DNA of 64,000 bases from a virus (IMGVR_UViG_2834917809_000007:1-64000), one strand, 5' to 3'; positions 18,553 through 29,234 are shown, numbered from the stretch's first letter. Notes: generated from the sequence alone by a model not told the origin. Numbers and translations: made by a program.

Positions 18553-20519
18553 TGAAACAACTGGATTTTACATTAAGCCTTATCGACAAATTAACGCGCC
18601 CGTTAAAACAGGCGCAGACGTCGGTGACGGATTTTGCTGATAAATCAAAAGATGCGTTTAAACGTATTGGCGTGGGCGCGCTGGCCATGTGGGGCGTCGC
18701 GCAGACGGTGCGCGGCGCACTCTCTCCGGCTATTGAAATGTTTGATGCGCTTAACGAGGCCTCCGCGCGGGGTATCGACAGCACATCCCTGAAAACCGTC
18801 CAGCGTGATGCGCTGCTGTTCAGCGCCACTTACGGGGCAAGCGCCGTCGAGTTCGTCAACTCTACGGCGCAGATTAACGGGGCGATTGACGGTCTGACGG
18901 CGACAGAGCTGCCGAAGATGACCAAAGTCGCCAATACCCTGGCCTTTGCGATGAAAGCCACCTCTCAGGATACCTCTGAGTTTATGGGGCAAATGTTCGC
19001 CAACTTTAAAAGTGACGCTGACCGTCTGGGCAAGGTGCAGTTTGCCGAGCAGCTGGCAGGGAAAATGACGGTGATGCGCCAGCGGTTCGGTGTCGAAATG
19101 GGTGCTATCAAAGACCTGATGGAAGGGGCGCGCGGCGTCGGGAATAACTTCAACATCGGGATTGATGAGCAGCTTGCCGTGCTGGGGCAACTGAGCCGCA
19201 GTCTGGGATCGGAGGCCAGTGGTGCCTACGAGTCGTTTATGAACAGCGCGGTGGACGGCGCTAAAAAGCTGGGACTGTCCTTCCAGGATGCTCAGGGGAA
19301 TATGCTCTCGATGCCGGATATGCTCATCAAGTTACAGGGCAAATACGGAAAGAGCCTGGAGGGCAACCTTAAGGCACAAAAAGAACTGGATGACGCGTTC
19401 GGTGACAGTTCGGCGGTGGTGAAACAGCTGTACGGCAACATTGATTCGCTGCAGCGCAACATCACTGAGCTGGGCGGCTCTGACGGTCTGAAACGTACCC
19501 AGGAAATGGCCGCGAAGATGGTTAAGCCGTGGGACAGATTTGTGGCCATCCTGAATGCCGCGCAGACCGTGATCGGACTGACGCTACTGCCCGTGCTGTA
19601 TCCGCTGCTGAATAAGCTGGCCGATATGGGTGCCACCTTTGTGAAGTGGATGCAGATGTTTCCCAACATCGCCCGTGTCGTGGGATATGTGACGTTGGCC
19701 ATACTCAGCGTGGCCGCAGCCGGTGCGCTGGCAAATATCGTGATGGGTGTTTCGTTCTTTGTGATGACTGGACTCACGGGGATCTGGAAAGTATTCACAG
19801 CTGTAACAAAGATTAATACCGCCTGGTTATGGCTGAACACTAAAGCGAGTCTTGCCTGGGCAAGCGCAATGAAGTTTGCACGGGGAGTAATTTTAGCCCT
19901 GCGTATGGCGGCGATATCCGCCGGGATCGGCATCAATCTTATGAGCTGGCCAATATTGCTGATCGTAGGTGCGATTGCCCTGCTGGTTGCCGGGTGCTGG
20001 TTGCTGGTTAAGAACTGGGAAGCCATCAAAGCGGCGGTGATGAACACCGCGGCGTTTAAGGTGCTGGCCGAAGCGGTGAGCTGGGTGGCTGGAGTGTTCC
20101 AGAGTGCATGGCAGTCAATCACAGATGGCTGGAACAGTTTTGTGGCGTTGCTTACCGGCTTTTCTCCTCTGGATTCACTGGCGGGGATGGCAAGCGGCAT
20201 CGTGGGCTTATTCGATAATGTTTGGAATACCATCAAAGCCACGTTTTTAAATTCATGGAACTGGATTGTAGAAAAGCTGAATAAAATTCCGGGGGTGGAT
20301 ATATCACTTGCCGGGGGAAACGGTGAACAGCCCATAACGCAAAATACGTTATCCACGGGCGGGAAATTAACGGGCGTTGAAAAAGGCGGTATCAGCAAAA
20401 CCATAAATAGCAACGCCAAATCTGTTACCGACCAGAGTAAGCATTACGGACAGGTAAATATTTATCCGAAGGAAGCGATGACGCCGGGACAACTTGCGGA
20501 ATGGAGCGAGCTGCAATGA
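18552..20519 (+). CDS. Tail tape measure protein
   Basis: LDFTLSLIDKLT.PL start, long Ala/Gly-rich helix, W-spaced repeats. Confidence 0.92.
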   Translation: MKQLDFTLSLIDKLTRPLKQAQTSVTDFADKSKDAFKRIGVGALAMWGVAQTVRGALSPAIEMFDALNEASARGIDSTSLKTVQRDALLFSATYGASAVEFVNSTAQINGAIDGLTATELPKMTKVANTLAFAMKATSQDTSEFMGQMFANFKSDADRLGKVQFAEQLAGKMTVMRQRFGVEMGAIKDLMEGARGVGNNFNIGIDEQLAVLGQLSRSLGSEASGAYESFMNSAVDGAKKLGLSFQDAQGNMLSMPDMLIKLQGKYGKSLEGNLKAQKELDDAFGDSSAVVKQLYGNIDSLQRNITELGGSDGLKRTQEMAAKMVKPWDRFVAILNAAQTVIGLTLLPVLYPLLNKLADMGATFVKWMQMFPNIARVVGYVTLAILSVAAAGALANIVMGVSFFVMTGLTGIWKVFTAVTKINTAWLWLNTKASLAWASAMKFARGVILALRMAAISAGIGINLMSWPILLIVGAIALLVAGCWLLVKNWEAIKAAVMNTAAFKVLAEAVSWVAGVFQSAWQSITDGWNSFVALLTGFSPLDSLAGMASGIVGLFDNVWNTIKATFLNSWNWIVEKLNKIPGVDISLAGGNGEQPITQNTLSTGGKLTGVEKGGISKTINSNAKSVTDQSKHYGQVNIYPKEAMTPGQLAEWSELQ

Positions 20520-20845
20520 GTGAGCTTTTATATATCGATTTACTGATTGAGGGTCGGAATTTCGTTCTTAACTCCGGGAGTGAGCCTGTGCTTTGCAATA
20601 ACAAGCAAAGTATTGGACAGGATATTGTGCATTCAATTCTTGAAAGCGGTCTTGCTACTGAATTAATTGCCGAACGCAGTCCGACCATGCGTGGAGATAT
20701 TTTAACCCGGCTGGAATTACTTATTGAAAGTGATGAGCGAATAGAGCCGGGAACGGTGGTGATTACAGAGGAAAGCGTAAAGCGCCTGTGGATCACTGCG
20801 GGTACATGGGATTTTGGTTCGGTATCGGTTAGGGCGGAATTATGA
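20516..20845 (+). CDS. Baseplate wedge protein (DUF2590/gp25-like)
   Basis: YIDLLI, SIGQDI.H.ILESGL; ATGA coupling. Confidence 0.75.
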   Translation: MSELLYIDLLIEGRNFVLNSGSEPVLCNNKQSIGQDIVHSILESGLATELIAERSPTMRGDILTRLELLIESDERIEPGTVVITEESVKRLWITAGTWDFGSVSVRAEL

Positions 20846-22026
20846 CAACGAAGCCGGATGTTGATTTTAACGAAGTGGTGAAGAAAAGCGGAATGCCGAC
20901 CACGGCGGAGGAGCTGCGCACGCAGTTCAACGCCATCGCGGAAGAAGAGGGGCTGATTACCAATACCTCCCGTATGTCGCCCTTCTGGCGGCTGATCACG
21001 GCCATCGTGACCACGCCCGTTCTGTGGCTCAAAGACGTCCTGGTAACCACGGTGCTGGCGAATATGTTCGTGGCCACGGCATCCGGCCAGCTTCTGCGCC
21101 TGCTGGCGTGGGCGGTGAACGTGACGCCGAAACCCGCCGTTGCCGCCCAGGGCGTCATTCGTTTTTACAAAATGGATGCCCGCGCCGTGGTCACGGTGAA
21201 GGCGGGAACGCGTATCCAGACTGAGCGCATTAACGGGGTGGTGTACGAGCTGGACACCACGGCGGACTTTACCATTACCGCCGATATGGCCAGCGCCCTG
21301 ATCCCGGTAAAAGCTTCCGCCGCGGGCGGCGCATGGAACCTTGCGCCGGGCTATTACCGTATTTTGCCTGTGGCCGTGGCGGGCATCAGTCGCGTGGTCA
21401 ATGAGGATGACTGGTTGACCACGCCGGGCGCGGATGAGGAGAGCGATGACGAGCTGCGCGAACGCTGCCGAAACCAGTTTAACCTGGTGGGCAATTACCA
21501 CACTGACGCGGTGTACCGCTCAATGATCGCCAGCGTGGCCGGGCTGAGCATCGACCGCATTTATTTTGAGCATGACGCACCACGGGGGCCGGGTACGGCA
21601 AACGCCTATCTGCTGCTTGATACGGGAGTGATTTCTCAGCCGTTTATTGACGCAGTGAATGACCATATCACCGGGCAAGGAAACCACGGGCATGGCGATG
21701 ATATGCAGTGTTTCCCCATGCCAGAAACCCTGCATCAGCTGAATGTGACCGTGTATGTGGAGAACCTGGCGAATCTTGCTGTGGATGAATACACCGCCCT
21801 GCAATCCGGCGTTGAAAACCTGATTCGCAGCGCGTTCCGGGAAAACAGTGATTTTGACGTGAAGCGCACCAGGCCGTATGACCGGTTTTCATTTTCAAAC
21901 CTCGGGCGCGAGCTGCACAAAGCCTACGCGGTAATCGACTCTCTGGCGTTTTCGCTGACCGATATCGTCAGCGATCTGAATGTCCCGCGTTTGTCCGATC
22001 TGACCGTGGAGCTGAAGGATGCCTGA
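20842..22026 (+). CDS. Baseplate J-like protein
   Basis: GADEESDDELRER, PRGPGTANAY. Confidence 0.92.
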   Translation: MTTKPDVDFNEVVKKSGMPTTAEELRTQFNAIAEEEGLITNTSRMSPFWRLITAIVTTPVLWLKDVLVTTVLANMFVATASGQLLRLLAWAVNVTPKPAVAAQGVIRFYKMDARAVVTVKAGTRIQTERINGVVYELDTTADFTITADMASALIPVKASAAGGAWNLAPGYYRILPVAVAGISRVVNEDDWLTTPGADEESDDELRERCRNQFNLVGNYHTDAVYRSMIASVAGLSIDRIYFEHDAPRGPGTANAYLLLDTGVISQPFIDAVNDHITGQGNHGHGDDMQCFPMPETLHQLNVTVYVENLANLAVDEYTALQSGVENLIRSAFRENSDFDVKRTRPYDRFSFSNLGRELHKAYAVIDSLAFSLTDIVSDLNVPRLSDLTVELKDA

Positions 22027-22657
22027 TTTTCTGAAAAAGCTGGCGTCAATGGCGCTGCCGTTCTGGATGAACGAAGGGGAGCCGAAAAAGCTGCTTGCTG
22101 CCGCCCGGCGATTCTGGGCGCGGGTCTATGGCTGGATCACCTGGCCAGTTAACCAGTTTGATCCGCTGACTTGCAATGAGGCGTTGCTGAACCTGCTGGC
22201 CTGGGATCGGGACATTGCCCGATTCAAGAGCGAGCCCCTGAGCCTGTTCCGTAAGCGCGTGGCTTATGCCTTTGTCAATGCCCGGGATTCCGGGTCGGTT
22301 GCCGGGTTTATTGCCATTTTTGAGCGCCTGGGGATCGGCTATGTGGAGATGCTGGAGCGCCAGCCTGGCATTGACTGGGACATTATCACCGTGCGCGTCT
22401 CTGACAGTCAGTTAGCGGCCAACACGGAACTAATGATCCAGATTATTCGCCAGTACGGACGAACCTGCCGTCGTTACCAGTATGAGGTGATGACGACGCT
22501 GAAACTTTTTATCAATGCCGGCTGGGATGAGGGGGAGCTGATCTGTTACAGCGCCCGCGAGCCTGTAAGCGGCACTGACCGGGAATACGGGGAATACATG
22601 ACATTTCCCGCTGTATCACATAACGAAAATAACGCCGTGTTTGGCGCAAAATTATAG
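22019..22657 (+). CDS. Baseplate/tail protein I-like
   Basis: LNLLAWDRDI.RF..E...LFRKRV..A. Confidence 0.85.
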   Translation: MPDFLKKLASMALPFWMNEGEPKKLLAAARRFWARVYGWITWPVNQFDPLTCNEALLNLLAWDRDIARFKSEPLSLFRKRVAYAFVNARDSGSVAGFIAIFERLGIGYVEMLERQPGIDWDIITVRVSDSQLAANTELMIQIIRQYGRTCRRYQYEVMTTLKLFINAGWDEGELICYSAREPVSGTDREYGEYMTFPAVSHNENNAVFGAKL

Positions 22658-22665
22658 GTGCTTTT

Positions 22666-25600
22666 ATGAGTCAGACCGTTATCACCCAGGCCTTTGAGGC
22701 ACTGAAAGCGCAGGAAGCAGCCAACCACGGCGTGGTTACGCTGGATGAATTTGTTTTTGCCAGTGTGCCGAACCTGAACATTACCGATCCCATCAGCCGC
22801 ACCGAAACCCTGCCGCCCGCGGCGCAAATCGTGCACCGTCAGGCCGTCAGCAAGACGGGCATGGTGAACAGCAACGCCGTGGTGTATTCGGTAGTGCTGG
22901 GCGCGGACGTGGGCGATTTCGAATTTAACTGGGTAGGTCTGCTCAATAAAGCCAGCGGCGCGGTGGCCATGATTGTGCACGCACCGTCGCAGAAGAAAAT
23001 TAAGACCGCCTCCGGCCAGCAGGGAAACGTGTTAACCCGTTCCTTCCTGATGGAATACAACGGCGCGTCGACGCAGACGAATATCACCACGCCTGCTGAC
23101 ACCTGGCAGATTGATTTCACCGCGCGTCTGAATGGCGTGGATGAGCGTATCCGTCTTGAGAACATCGACACTTACGGCGCAGCCTCTTTCCTGAAAGACG
23201 GCTTTCTGGTGTCGGGTGCTAACGGTAACTATCAGGTTAAAAAGGGTGTTGCGTACATCGAAGGGTTGCGCGCTGAACTGCTGTTTGATCAGGCTGTGGC
23301 GGTTGCTAAAAGACCGTCAAAAATTTGGGTCGATGTTTGCTGGCGCGGAACGCTAACCAGCGTCTGGGCGACGGCTACTAAAATCACCGTGGCGGATACC
23401 CTGGCGAATTATGTTACCGGCGATGAGCAGCATTACGTTTTTGCTATCGCCAACATTCTCGCAGACGGTTCTGTTATTGATCTGCGTCAGGCGAGTGTGA
23501 TGGCTCAGGTTATGGGGTGGTCCGCAATGCCGGATACCGTTCCTTACTTTGACAAAGATTCGAAGCTCAAAACATCTGCGATAAGTGATTTTGGCCGCGA
23601 AATGCTCGCTGTTTCTGACGCTCAGGGTGCACTTTCAGGTCTTGGCCTTACTGACCCTGATCAGGGTGATACAGGAGTAAGCGTGCGGCAACCGTTTACT
23701 GGAGCCGTTGCGCGCACGCAGCATGATAAGAATGCTGAAGCAATTACTCCGCAGGATGCAGGTGCAAAAGGTGACGGTAAAGCTGATGACACTGCGGCAT
23801 TTGATGTGCTGGAAGCTGGCGTAACCGGTCAGTTAATTGATTTGGGTGGAAAAATTTATAACGTGGCGAAACCATATTATAAGAATCAATACACAAACGG
23901 TTCATTTGTCATTGACGGCTCACTGCACCCGGCCAGCTTCGATCTCAATGCGCTACGCTATAAGAAAATCTGCGCCACCTTCTACACTGGCGATGTCGAT
24001 ATCCCCGGGCAAACACCGATCTTCGACGGCGCTGCCGGGGTATTTCAGGCGTTCTGTCTCGTTCCGGCCAACGGGCAGGTGAAGATGTACGTCACCCAGC
24101 GCGCCACCGGCCCGCTGCCGTTTTTAGGTAACTTCCTCAAGAATGAGACTTACCGGATCGTCGAGTACACGTTCAAAGAAGATGGTTCGCAGATACTGTC
24201 CACGGCGTTCTCACAGCCACTGACCACATGCGGTCATGCGAACATGCTGGGGTATCGCTACGAAGGGAGTGAGCTGTATTTCTATACGGGCGCGCCTAAC
24301 GACTCGGAAACTGATACGACGCTTGGCGGCAAGGGCTTTACGCGCGTGCACTGGAAAGGTAGCGCCACAAGTGACTCTGACGTTACCCGCTATGAAATGT
24401 TTGATCAGCCGACCACTATAGGCGGCGTGTACAACACCCATTGCCGCACGAACGTTACCGTTTCCCCCGATGGCAAGTATCTGCTGCTGGTCACTGACGA
24501 TACCATGACCGGCGACCACGCGGCGCTGATTTACGACCTTGATACGGTGCTGGCATCAACGAATCTCAAATCGCTGGTTCCGTTACACGAATTCCGTGTG
24601 CCATCGTATTACAGCAGCCCACTGCAGGGCATTGCGATGAACGATAAGTACGTTTTCGTGTATTACGACTGGGAGGTAAACACATCCGCGCTAAAGATAT
24701 TCGACTTTGCGGGCAATCTGGTTTCGGACATCGACAACATCGATTTTCTGCGGACCGTTCATACCCGCGATGAGTATCTGGGTGGCTTCGGTGTGCTCAC
24801 GACTTTTGAGTCTGAGAACGTGACGCTGTTCGGTAATGATCTGTATGTCGGTTATCGGGAAATCTGGTACGAGATGGGCACCATCGTCAGCTACGATGGG
24901 AAATTCTATACCCCGCGCGCGGCCACCACAGGCAACCCACCGAACAACTCCGCATACTGGATGCCCGTTAATATCTCCACAGGTGCTGTGCCGTATTCTG
25001 CGACGGCGGCTTACACAGTTACCGGGGCGAAGAAAGCAAACCTGAAACGTGTAGTAAAGATTGGAGCACTGAAAGAAAGCAGCTCTGTGCCGATTCAAGG
25101 TCGGCCGGGCAATCCCACCGGGCCGAAGTTGCGAGATCCTAATCTACGTTACATCGCTAACTCAGGTTCATTTCAGTGGGAGCGCTGGGAAGAAAACACT
25201 AAACGGTTCCTGACTACGCTGCGCGTAAGTGAGGCCGGTAACTGGTATTTCCATGACTCATCTCCTGGTGCAGCAGTTACACCAGGAGTCATGCTGTCAT
25301 CACGAAGTAACGAAGTTGCTGGCGTGACCACTCGCTATGCACGTATTCGCGGTGGGGATAACTACGGCGGTAATACCTTCTGGTATGCCGCTGATGATTC
25401 AAATAAGCCGGGCTCGATTGTTGAATATGTAGGAGCAAATAACACCACGTCGCGCGAAACCAATCAGTATGGCGAGACGGTTATTAAATCGAATACTGAT
25501 GCCTCAAAGGTCCCGCTACGCGCTGATGTGCAAGGCACTGGGGACTTTATCCGCGGCTCACGCTATGACACGGTTTATTTCGGCATCCGCACATCGACCG

Positions 25601-26295
25601 TGAATACGATCATGACTTCGCGCAGCGGGAACTCGTTTATCTTAGGCGCGAGTTCATCAGTTGACGGGTTTACAAGCGACACCACTGCGCGCGTTAACAT
25701 CAATATCACCGACATGGCTTTCCGCCCAGACGCCGATAACAACCTCGACAACGGCAAGGTTAACTACCGATGGAAACAGCTTTTCGCGACTAACAGTTCC
25801 ATCGGTACGTCTGATGAAACCCACAAAACCAGACCGCGCAACATTGCCCTGGCGGAAGTTACAGCCTTCGCCGCCATCGCCCGCCTGCCGAGCGTGTGGC
25901 AATGGCTGAGTAAATACCAGGTTGAAGGTGATGATGCGCGACTCCACGCTGGGCCCACTGTACAGGCCGCTATCGCTATTATGGAAGCGAACGGACTAGA
26001 CTGGAGCCGTTACAGCGCGTTCTGCTATGACGAGTGGGAAAACCAGTACGAGCCGGTGCTGGCCCTGCGGAAGGTTGAAAAGGAGATCATGGTAGAGCGT
26101 GAGGGGTTCGAATACCCTGAATGGGTGGAAGTGGACGAAGAGTATGACACTGGCGAAAAAGTTCTGATTAAACCGGCCGGATCGGTCTATTCCTTCCGCA
26201 AGGAGGAATTGCTCTGGTGGTGTTTGCGAGCCATGGTAAGCCAGTTTGATGATCTGGACGCTCGTATGCTCCGTCTTGAAAGTGTGGCGGAGTAA
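22666..26295 (+). CDS. Tail fibre/spike receptor-binding protein with C-terminal intramolecular chaperone
   Basis: P2-type anchor (GDFEFNWVGL); GAKGDGKADDTAAF motif; beta-propeller-like core; TSDETHK...YSFRKEELL peptidase S74-like chaperone. Confidence 0.88.
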   Translation: MSQTVITQAFEALKAQEAANHGVVTLDEFVFASVPNLNITDPISRTETLPPAAQIVHRQAVSKTGMVNSNAVVYSVVLGADVGDFEFNWVGLLNKASGAVAMIVHAPSQKKIKTASGQQGNVLTRSFLMEYNGASTQTNITTPADTWQIDFTARLNGVDERIRLENIDTYGAASFLKDGFLVSGANGNYQVKKGVAYIEGLRAELLFDQAVAVAKRPSKIWVDVCWRGTLTSVWATATKITVADTLANYVTGDEQHYVFAIANILADGSVIDLRQASVMAQVMGWSAMPDTVPYFDKDSKLKTSAISDFGREMLAVSDAQGALSGLGLTDPDQGDTGVSVRQPFTGAVARTQHDKNAEAITPQDAGAKGDGKADDTAAFDVLEAGVTGQLIDLGGKIYNVAKPYYKNQYTNGSFVIDGSLHPASFDLNALRYKKICATFYTGDVDIPGQTPIFDGAAGVFQAFCLVPANGQVKMYVTQRATGPLPFLGNFLKNETYRIVEYTFKEDGSQILSTAFSQPLTTCGHANMLGYRYEGSELYFYTGAPNDSETDTTLGGKGFTRVHWKGSATSDSDVTRYEMFDQPTTIGGVYNTHCRTNVTVSPDGKYLLLVTDDTMTGDHAALIYDLDTVLASTNLKSLVPLHEFRVPSYYSSPLQGIAMNDKYVFVYYDWEVNTSALKIFDFAGNLVSDIDNIDFLRTVHTRDEYLGGFGVLTTFESENVTLFGNDLYVGYREIWYEMGTIVSYDGKFYTPRAATTGNPPNNSAYWMPVNISTGAVPYSATAAYTVTGAKKANLKRVVKIGALKESSSVPIQGRPGNPTGPKLRDPNLRYIANSGSFQWERWEENTKRFLTTLRVSEAGNWYFHDSSPGAAVTPGVMLSSRSNEVAGVTTRYARIRGGDNYGGNTFWYAADDSNKPGSIVEYVGANNTTSRETNQYGETVIKSNTDASKVPLRADVQGTGDFIRGSRYDTVYFGIRTSTVNTIMTSRSGNSFILGASSSVDGFTSDTTARVNINITDMAFRPDADNNLDNGKVNYRWKQLFATNSSIGTSDETHKTRPRNIALAEVTAFAAIARLPSVWQWLSKYQVEGDDARLHAGPTVQAAIAIMEANGLDWSRYSAFCYDEWENQYEPVLALRKVEKEIMVEREGFEYPEWVEVDEEYDTGEKVLIKPAGSVYSFRKEELLWWCLRAMVSQFDDLDARMLRLESVAE

Positions 26296-26299
26296 GGCT

Positions 26300-27013
26300 A
26301 TGTGGACGTTTAGTCAACTCAGGCTGAATGCGAACGCTTCCGGGATTTACCGCACCGCTGCCGCACATCCGTGGGTTTACGGGTTGGGGAAGATAACCGC
26401 AAACGGCGTTTATCTCAGCCCTGCGAACGCCGTGGCCTGGCTAGCTGAAAAGCTGGCCAGCCTGACAGACAGCGCGGATGTAGTAGTGTTCATGGTGACC
26501 GGGCAGAGCCACGATGAGTTTATGGCCAGTCTTGATCCGCTCACGGAGGTTTTCCCTGCACCGGCTTTTAAACAGGTTTCACGCCTTGCCCGTTCGGCGG
26601 CGGAGCTGGACGCGGTAAAAATGCAGAAACCTGCAAAAGCCTTGAATGGCCTGCCTGATCCTGTGCCGCTATCTGTACCGACGACGCGCACCATAGCAAG
26701 TGCAGCGGCGGTGGCCAGCGCAAGCGCACCGGGAGCGCTAAACCTTGCCGGGCTGAAAGCCAGCCTGGCAGATTTCACTGCGCACCGTGCCGGGCTGCTT
26801 TCCTGTATAGCGGATGTAGCGGGGGAGTTGGCGGCGAAACGTGCCCGCGCCTGGGTATTCACGTCAACCGGAGACGGCGCAACGCTGGCGCGGGAGCTGC
26901 TTAAAGATATTCCGGCAGTGTCGTCGATATACAGTGCGGCCATCATGCTGGTCGGTTCCGATCTCAGCGATATCAGGGGGATGATCCATGACAGCGATCA
27001 CGCTGGCGCTTAA
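26300..27013 (+). CDS. Hypothetical tail/baseplate protein
   Basis: AAGG RBS; overlaps next gene; late operon position. Confidence 0.65.
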   Translation: MWTFSQLRLNANASGIYRTAAAHPWVYGLGKITANGVYLSPANAVAWLAEKLASLTDSADVVVFMVTGQSHDEFMASLDPLTEVFPAPAFKQVSRLARSAAELDAVKMQKPAKALNGLPDPVPLSVPTTRTIASAAAVASASAPGALNLAGLKASLADFTAHRAGLLSCIADVAGELAAKRARAWVFTSTGDGATLARELLKDIPAVSSIYSAAIMLVGSDLSDIRGMIHDSDHAGA

Positions 27014-27533
27014 CGGCGAAGCCATCCGGCTTAAAAATATGCGCGTCACAGTTTCCCAGCAGTTCCCGGATAAAGACCAGTCGGGCGGTACATCCTCCAC
27101 GGCGAAATCCGAAGAGGGGGCGAAAGGGAAAGAGCTACGTGTGTCCGGTGAAATTCCGTTCAAGGATATCGCTATTCTCACCCGCCTGTTCCAGCTGGCC
27201 AACGCCACGGGATCAGGTGGCGCGCGTACAGTATACCGGGTGGCAAATAACGTTGCCCGAGCAGTCAATCTGCGTGAAGCCTCGTTTTCCGGGACGATTG
27301 ATGCACCGCAGCAGGAAGGGCGCATGTCCTGGCTTGTAACGTTTACCCTGACAGAGTTCCTGAGCGTGGCAGAGAAAAAAGAAGCCGCTGCAACCTCCCG
27401 CGCAACCAGTAAAGCGCAGGGTGCTGGCGCTGCCGTTGGCGGCTCTGGAGCCGCAAACGCGGGTGAATCAGACGAAAAAATGACGTGGTTTGAACGCAAG
27501 GTGCTGAAACCCGTAAACGATGCCCTGGAGTGA
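26988..27533 (+). CDS. Baseplate-associated protein (HP1 type)
   Basis: LALNGE.I.LKNM.V.V, DQSG.TSST..SE.G.KGKEL.V.G. Confidence 0.7.
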   Translation: MTAITLALNGEAIRLKNMRVTVSQQFPDKDQSGGTSSTAKSEEGAKGKELRVSGEIPFKDIAILTRLFQLANATGSGGARTVYRVANNVARAVNLREASFSGTIDAPQQEGRMSWLVTFTLTEFLSVAEKKEAAATSRATSKAQGAGAAVGGSGAANAGESDEKMTWFERKVLKPVNDALE

Positions 27534-27536
27534 TAA

Positions 27537-29234
27537 GTGAAACCAGTTAAACGCCTGTATTTATCCACTGATGAAACCCATGTGGCCGATGTGAATCTTG
27601 TGCTGGAGCTGAACAGCTGCGGCCGGGGCTTTATTACTGCCCGGACCGATCAGGACTATACCGGAAAGATGGTGCGCCTTGATGTGGGCTATTCTGGTCA
27701 GCTGCTGCGCTGGTTTACCGGATACGTAGAGCGTGCGCAGCCAGCAGAAAAAGGGTTTATGCGTCTGTTCGTGCGGGAGCTGGCTGGCGTTTTTGACAGG
27801 GCGTGGCCATGTTCCTTTCAGCATCCGACGCTGCGCGACGTCGCTGCCTGGCTGACGGAAAACAGCGGCATCACTGTGTCCGTCCCTGATGCCAGCTACA
27901 GCAGCACCCCGATCCCGCATTTCACCCATTCAGGTACGGGCTTCCAGCTGCTGAGCAATCTGGGTAAGGCCTTTGGTATTAACGATTACGTCTGGTATCA
28001 GTTGCCTGACGGATCGATGTACGCAGGCGGTGCAGAGGCGGCGCTGTTCGCCGGGCGTCCGGTTGAAATCCCGCACGAGTTCAGCCAGGGCGCCGCGGGC
28101 GGCAATACGATGACGCTGCCGCTGATCCAGTCCCTGCGCCCAGGTGTGGAGGTGAACGGTGAACGCCTGACACGGGTTGCGCTGACCAATGACACAATGG
28201 CGATCACCTGGACGCCGCGCAACAAGGCTACGGGGAAACCACTGCAAAAAACACCAATGCAGCGACAGATTGAAAGCCATTACCCTGAGCTGGCCAGCGG
28301 CCTGCATGTGCCGAAGATGGCGCGGGTGATCGCAGCCAGTGAGTATGTTTCCAGCGGAAACTTTGCCGATCCATTCCGCCCGCGTTATGCAGTGGACGTG
28401 CAGCTGCTTGATGCAGACGGCAACCCGGACAGTACAACCCCGGTTTACTCTGCCGTACCGCTGCCGGTTCCGATGGCCGGGAATGATTCGGGGATGTTTC
28501 AGTTTCCGCCCGCTGGCACGCTGGTTGAAGTCGGTTTTACGGGCGGGCGCCCGGATAAGCCGTTTGTACGCCAGAGCATGCCGGAGGGGACGAGCCTGCC
28601 GGATGTGAAGCCGGGCGAGCAGTTGCAACAGCAACGTGATGGTGTATCGCAGCGCGTTACCCAGGGCGGCGACTGGGAGCGGCAGACCGATCAGGCTATC
28701 CGTGAAACGTCGATGACGCGTACCGTCACCGCCGATACGGAAACCCGTGAACTGGTGACGCGGGAAACGACAATCAAAGCCACGGATAAAACAACGGTGA
28801 TCGGCACGGCCACGCTGATGGCCGGAGTGATCCAGCGTATCACCACGGGCGATTATGCGATGGCTGCAGGAGGTAACTATCTGGCCAGCATCAAAGGCGA
28901 TGCTGAAACGGATGTTGAAGGCCGGCAGTCAAGCAAGGTGGCCGGGAATATTGATATTGAGTCGGGCGGCGCGCTGACAGAGAAGATTGCCGCCCTGCGT
29001 AAGAGCGTGGCCGCAGGTCAGCAGATTATTGGCGATACGGTGCATATTGGAACCGGGAGCACCAACACCCTCACCATGCTGCTGGATACCATCGATCTGC
29101 TGGCAGAACTGGCGCAGCAGTGCGCCGGACATACGCACCCGGGAACAGGCGCGCCAAACCAGGCCAGCGCCTTTACGGAAACGGCCAGCAAGGCAGGCGT
29201 AACGCGACGAAAGTATGAACAGATAATTGCCTGA
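27537..29234 (+). CDS. Baseplate hub/spike protein (gpD + gpV-like)
   Basis: Hub-like N-terminus; PRYAVDVQ...VPLPVP.AG OB region; C-terminal HTH.G (His-x-His) spike tip. Confidence 0.75.
   Translation: MKPVKRLYLSTDETHVADVNLVLELNSCGRGFITARTDQDYTGKMVRLDVGYSGQLLRWFTGYVERAQPAEKGFMRLFVRELAGVFDRAWPCSFQHPTLRDVAAWLTENSGITVSVPDASYSSTPIPHFTHSGTGFQLLSNLGKAFGINDYVWYQLPDGSMYAGGAEAALFAGRPVEIPHEFSQGAAGGNTMTLPLIQSLRPGVEVNGERLTRVALTNDTMAITWTPRNKATGKPLQKTPMQRQIESHYPELASGLHVPKMARVIAASEYVSSGNFADPFRPRYAVDVQLLDADGNPDSTTPVYSAVPLPVPMAGNDSGMFQFPPAGTLVEVGFTGGRPDKPFVRQSMPEGTSLPDVKPGEQLQQQRDGVSQRVTQGGDWERQTDQAIRETSMTRTVTADTETRELVTRETTIKATDKTTVIGTATLMAGVIQRITTGDYAMAAGGNYLASIKGDAETDVEGRQSSKVAGNIDIESGGALTEKIAALRKSVAAGQQIIGDTVHIGTGSTNTLTMLLDTIDLLAELAQQCAGHTHPGTGAPNQASAFTETASKAGVTRRKYEQIIA

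Noticed and set aside
22666-26295. Endosialidase
   Set aside because: Neck and chaperone resemble K1 tailspikes, but I saw no Asp-box repeats or sialidase motifs in the core
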